Shown here one piece after another: positions 62,975 through 64,000 of a stretch of 64,000 bases of DNA. Made by a program: the position numbers and the translations under genes. The notes beneath the pieces were generated by a model, which searched no databases, was not told the DNA's origin, and worked only from the letters and a program-made list of their open reading frames with translations. The DNA lies in contig NW_027139821.1 of NCBI RefSeq assembly GCF_035084215.1, positions 1 through 64,000 on the forward strand. The letters are read 5' to 3'. Numbering within the stretch: position 1 is the stretch's first letter; every line of letters starts with the position of its first letter. Source of the DNA: Heptranchias perlo (lineage: Eukaryota).

Positions 62975-64000
62975 TCGACCCCCAGACCCCGCCTCCGCCC
63001 AGACCCCGACCCCCTGAGCCCACTCCCCCCGGACCCTGACCCACAGAGCCCACACCTCCCGGACCCCGACCCACAGAGCCCGGCCCACCCGGACCCCAAC
63101 CCCCAGAGCCCACACCTCCCGGACCCCGACCCACAGAGCCCGGCCCACCCGGACCACGACCCCCTGAGCCCACTCCCCCCGGACCCCAACCCCCAGAGCC
63201 CACTCCCCCCGGACCCCGGCCCCCAGAGCACACACCTCCCGGACCCTGACCCACAGAGCCCGGCCCACCCGGACCCCGACCCCCAGAACCTGCTCCATCA
63301 GGGCCCCGACCCCCAGAACCCGCACCCCCCTGACACCGACCGCCAGAGCCCACTCCCCCCGGATCCGGACCCCCAGAGCCCGGCCCACCCGGACCCCGAC
63401 CCCCAGAGCCCACTCCCCCTGGATCCGGACCCCCAGAGCCCGGCCCACCCGGACCCCGACCCCCAGAGCCCACTCCCCCCGGATCCCGACCCACAGAGCC
63501 CACTCTCCCCGGATCCCGACCCCCAGAACCCGCTCCGTCAGGACCCCGACCCCCAGAACCCGCTCCCCCCTGACATCGACCCCCAGAGCCCACTCCCCCC
63601 GGATCCCGACCCACAGAGCCCGCTCCCCCCTGACACCGACCGCCAGAGTCCACGCCGCCCGGACCCCAACACTCAGAGCCCACTCCCCCCGGATCCCGAC
63701 CCCCAGAACCCACTCCGCCAGGACCCCGAACCTCAGAGCCCGCTCCCCCCAGACCCCGACACCCAGAGCCCACTCCCCCCAGACCCCGACCCCCAGAACC
63801 CGCTCCGTCAGGACCCCGACCCCCAGAGCCCGCTCCGTCAGGACCCCGACCCCAAAGCCCACTCCCCCCGGATCCCGACCCCCAGAGCCCGCTCCGTCAG
63901 GACCCCGACCCCCAAAGCCCACTCCCCCCAGATCCCGACCCCCACAACCTGCTCCGTCAGGACCCCGATCCCCAGAGTTCGCATCGCCCGGACCCCAACC
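62975..64000. repeat. 30-bp GC-rich minisatellite (GGACCCCGACCCCCAGAGCCCACTCCCCCC)n in the intron upstream of alpha2
   Basis: Tandem periodicity of 30, continuing past the window end. Confidence 0.93.

Noticed and set aside
62931-63922. Gly-rich spidroin/collagen-like ORFs
   Set aside because: 30-bp intronic minisatellite upstream of the alpha2 acceptor; multiple frames open and no splice context.

Overview
Eukaryotic, repeat-saturated DNA from a cartilaginous fish (shark-like; inferred from the MHC sequence, DeuSINE, CR1/L2/Tx1 LINEs and Penelope). The one clearly supported host gene is an MHC class I heavy-chain gene on the minus strand, classical/UAA-like. Its alpha2 (62865-62593), alpha3 (42899-42624), transmembrane (38020-37895) and two cytoplasmic exons (37233-37198, 36390-36343) splice in frame with GT-AG, phase-1 junctions. 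The leader and alpha1 exons lie beyond the window end. The introns are swollen by minisatellites. The largest is an ~18 kb array whose ~26-bp unit reproduces the alpha2 splice donor itself (CG|GTGAGTGAG), giving roughly 700 decoy 5' splice sites; the two copies nearest the true donor are mutated at +1. The region 13-36 kb is a nested transposon pile: CR1 and L2 LINEs, three Harbinger-type Myb/SANT genes (one with intact TIRs/TSD inserted in a CR1), a DeuSINE, a Penelope end with a minimal hammerhead ribozyme, and a MITE. The region 1-12.7 kb is four minisatellites around a possible orphan phase-1 exon. The very long ORFs in the ORF track are repeat artefacts. TE boundaries are approximate and copy numbers are length-based estimates.
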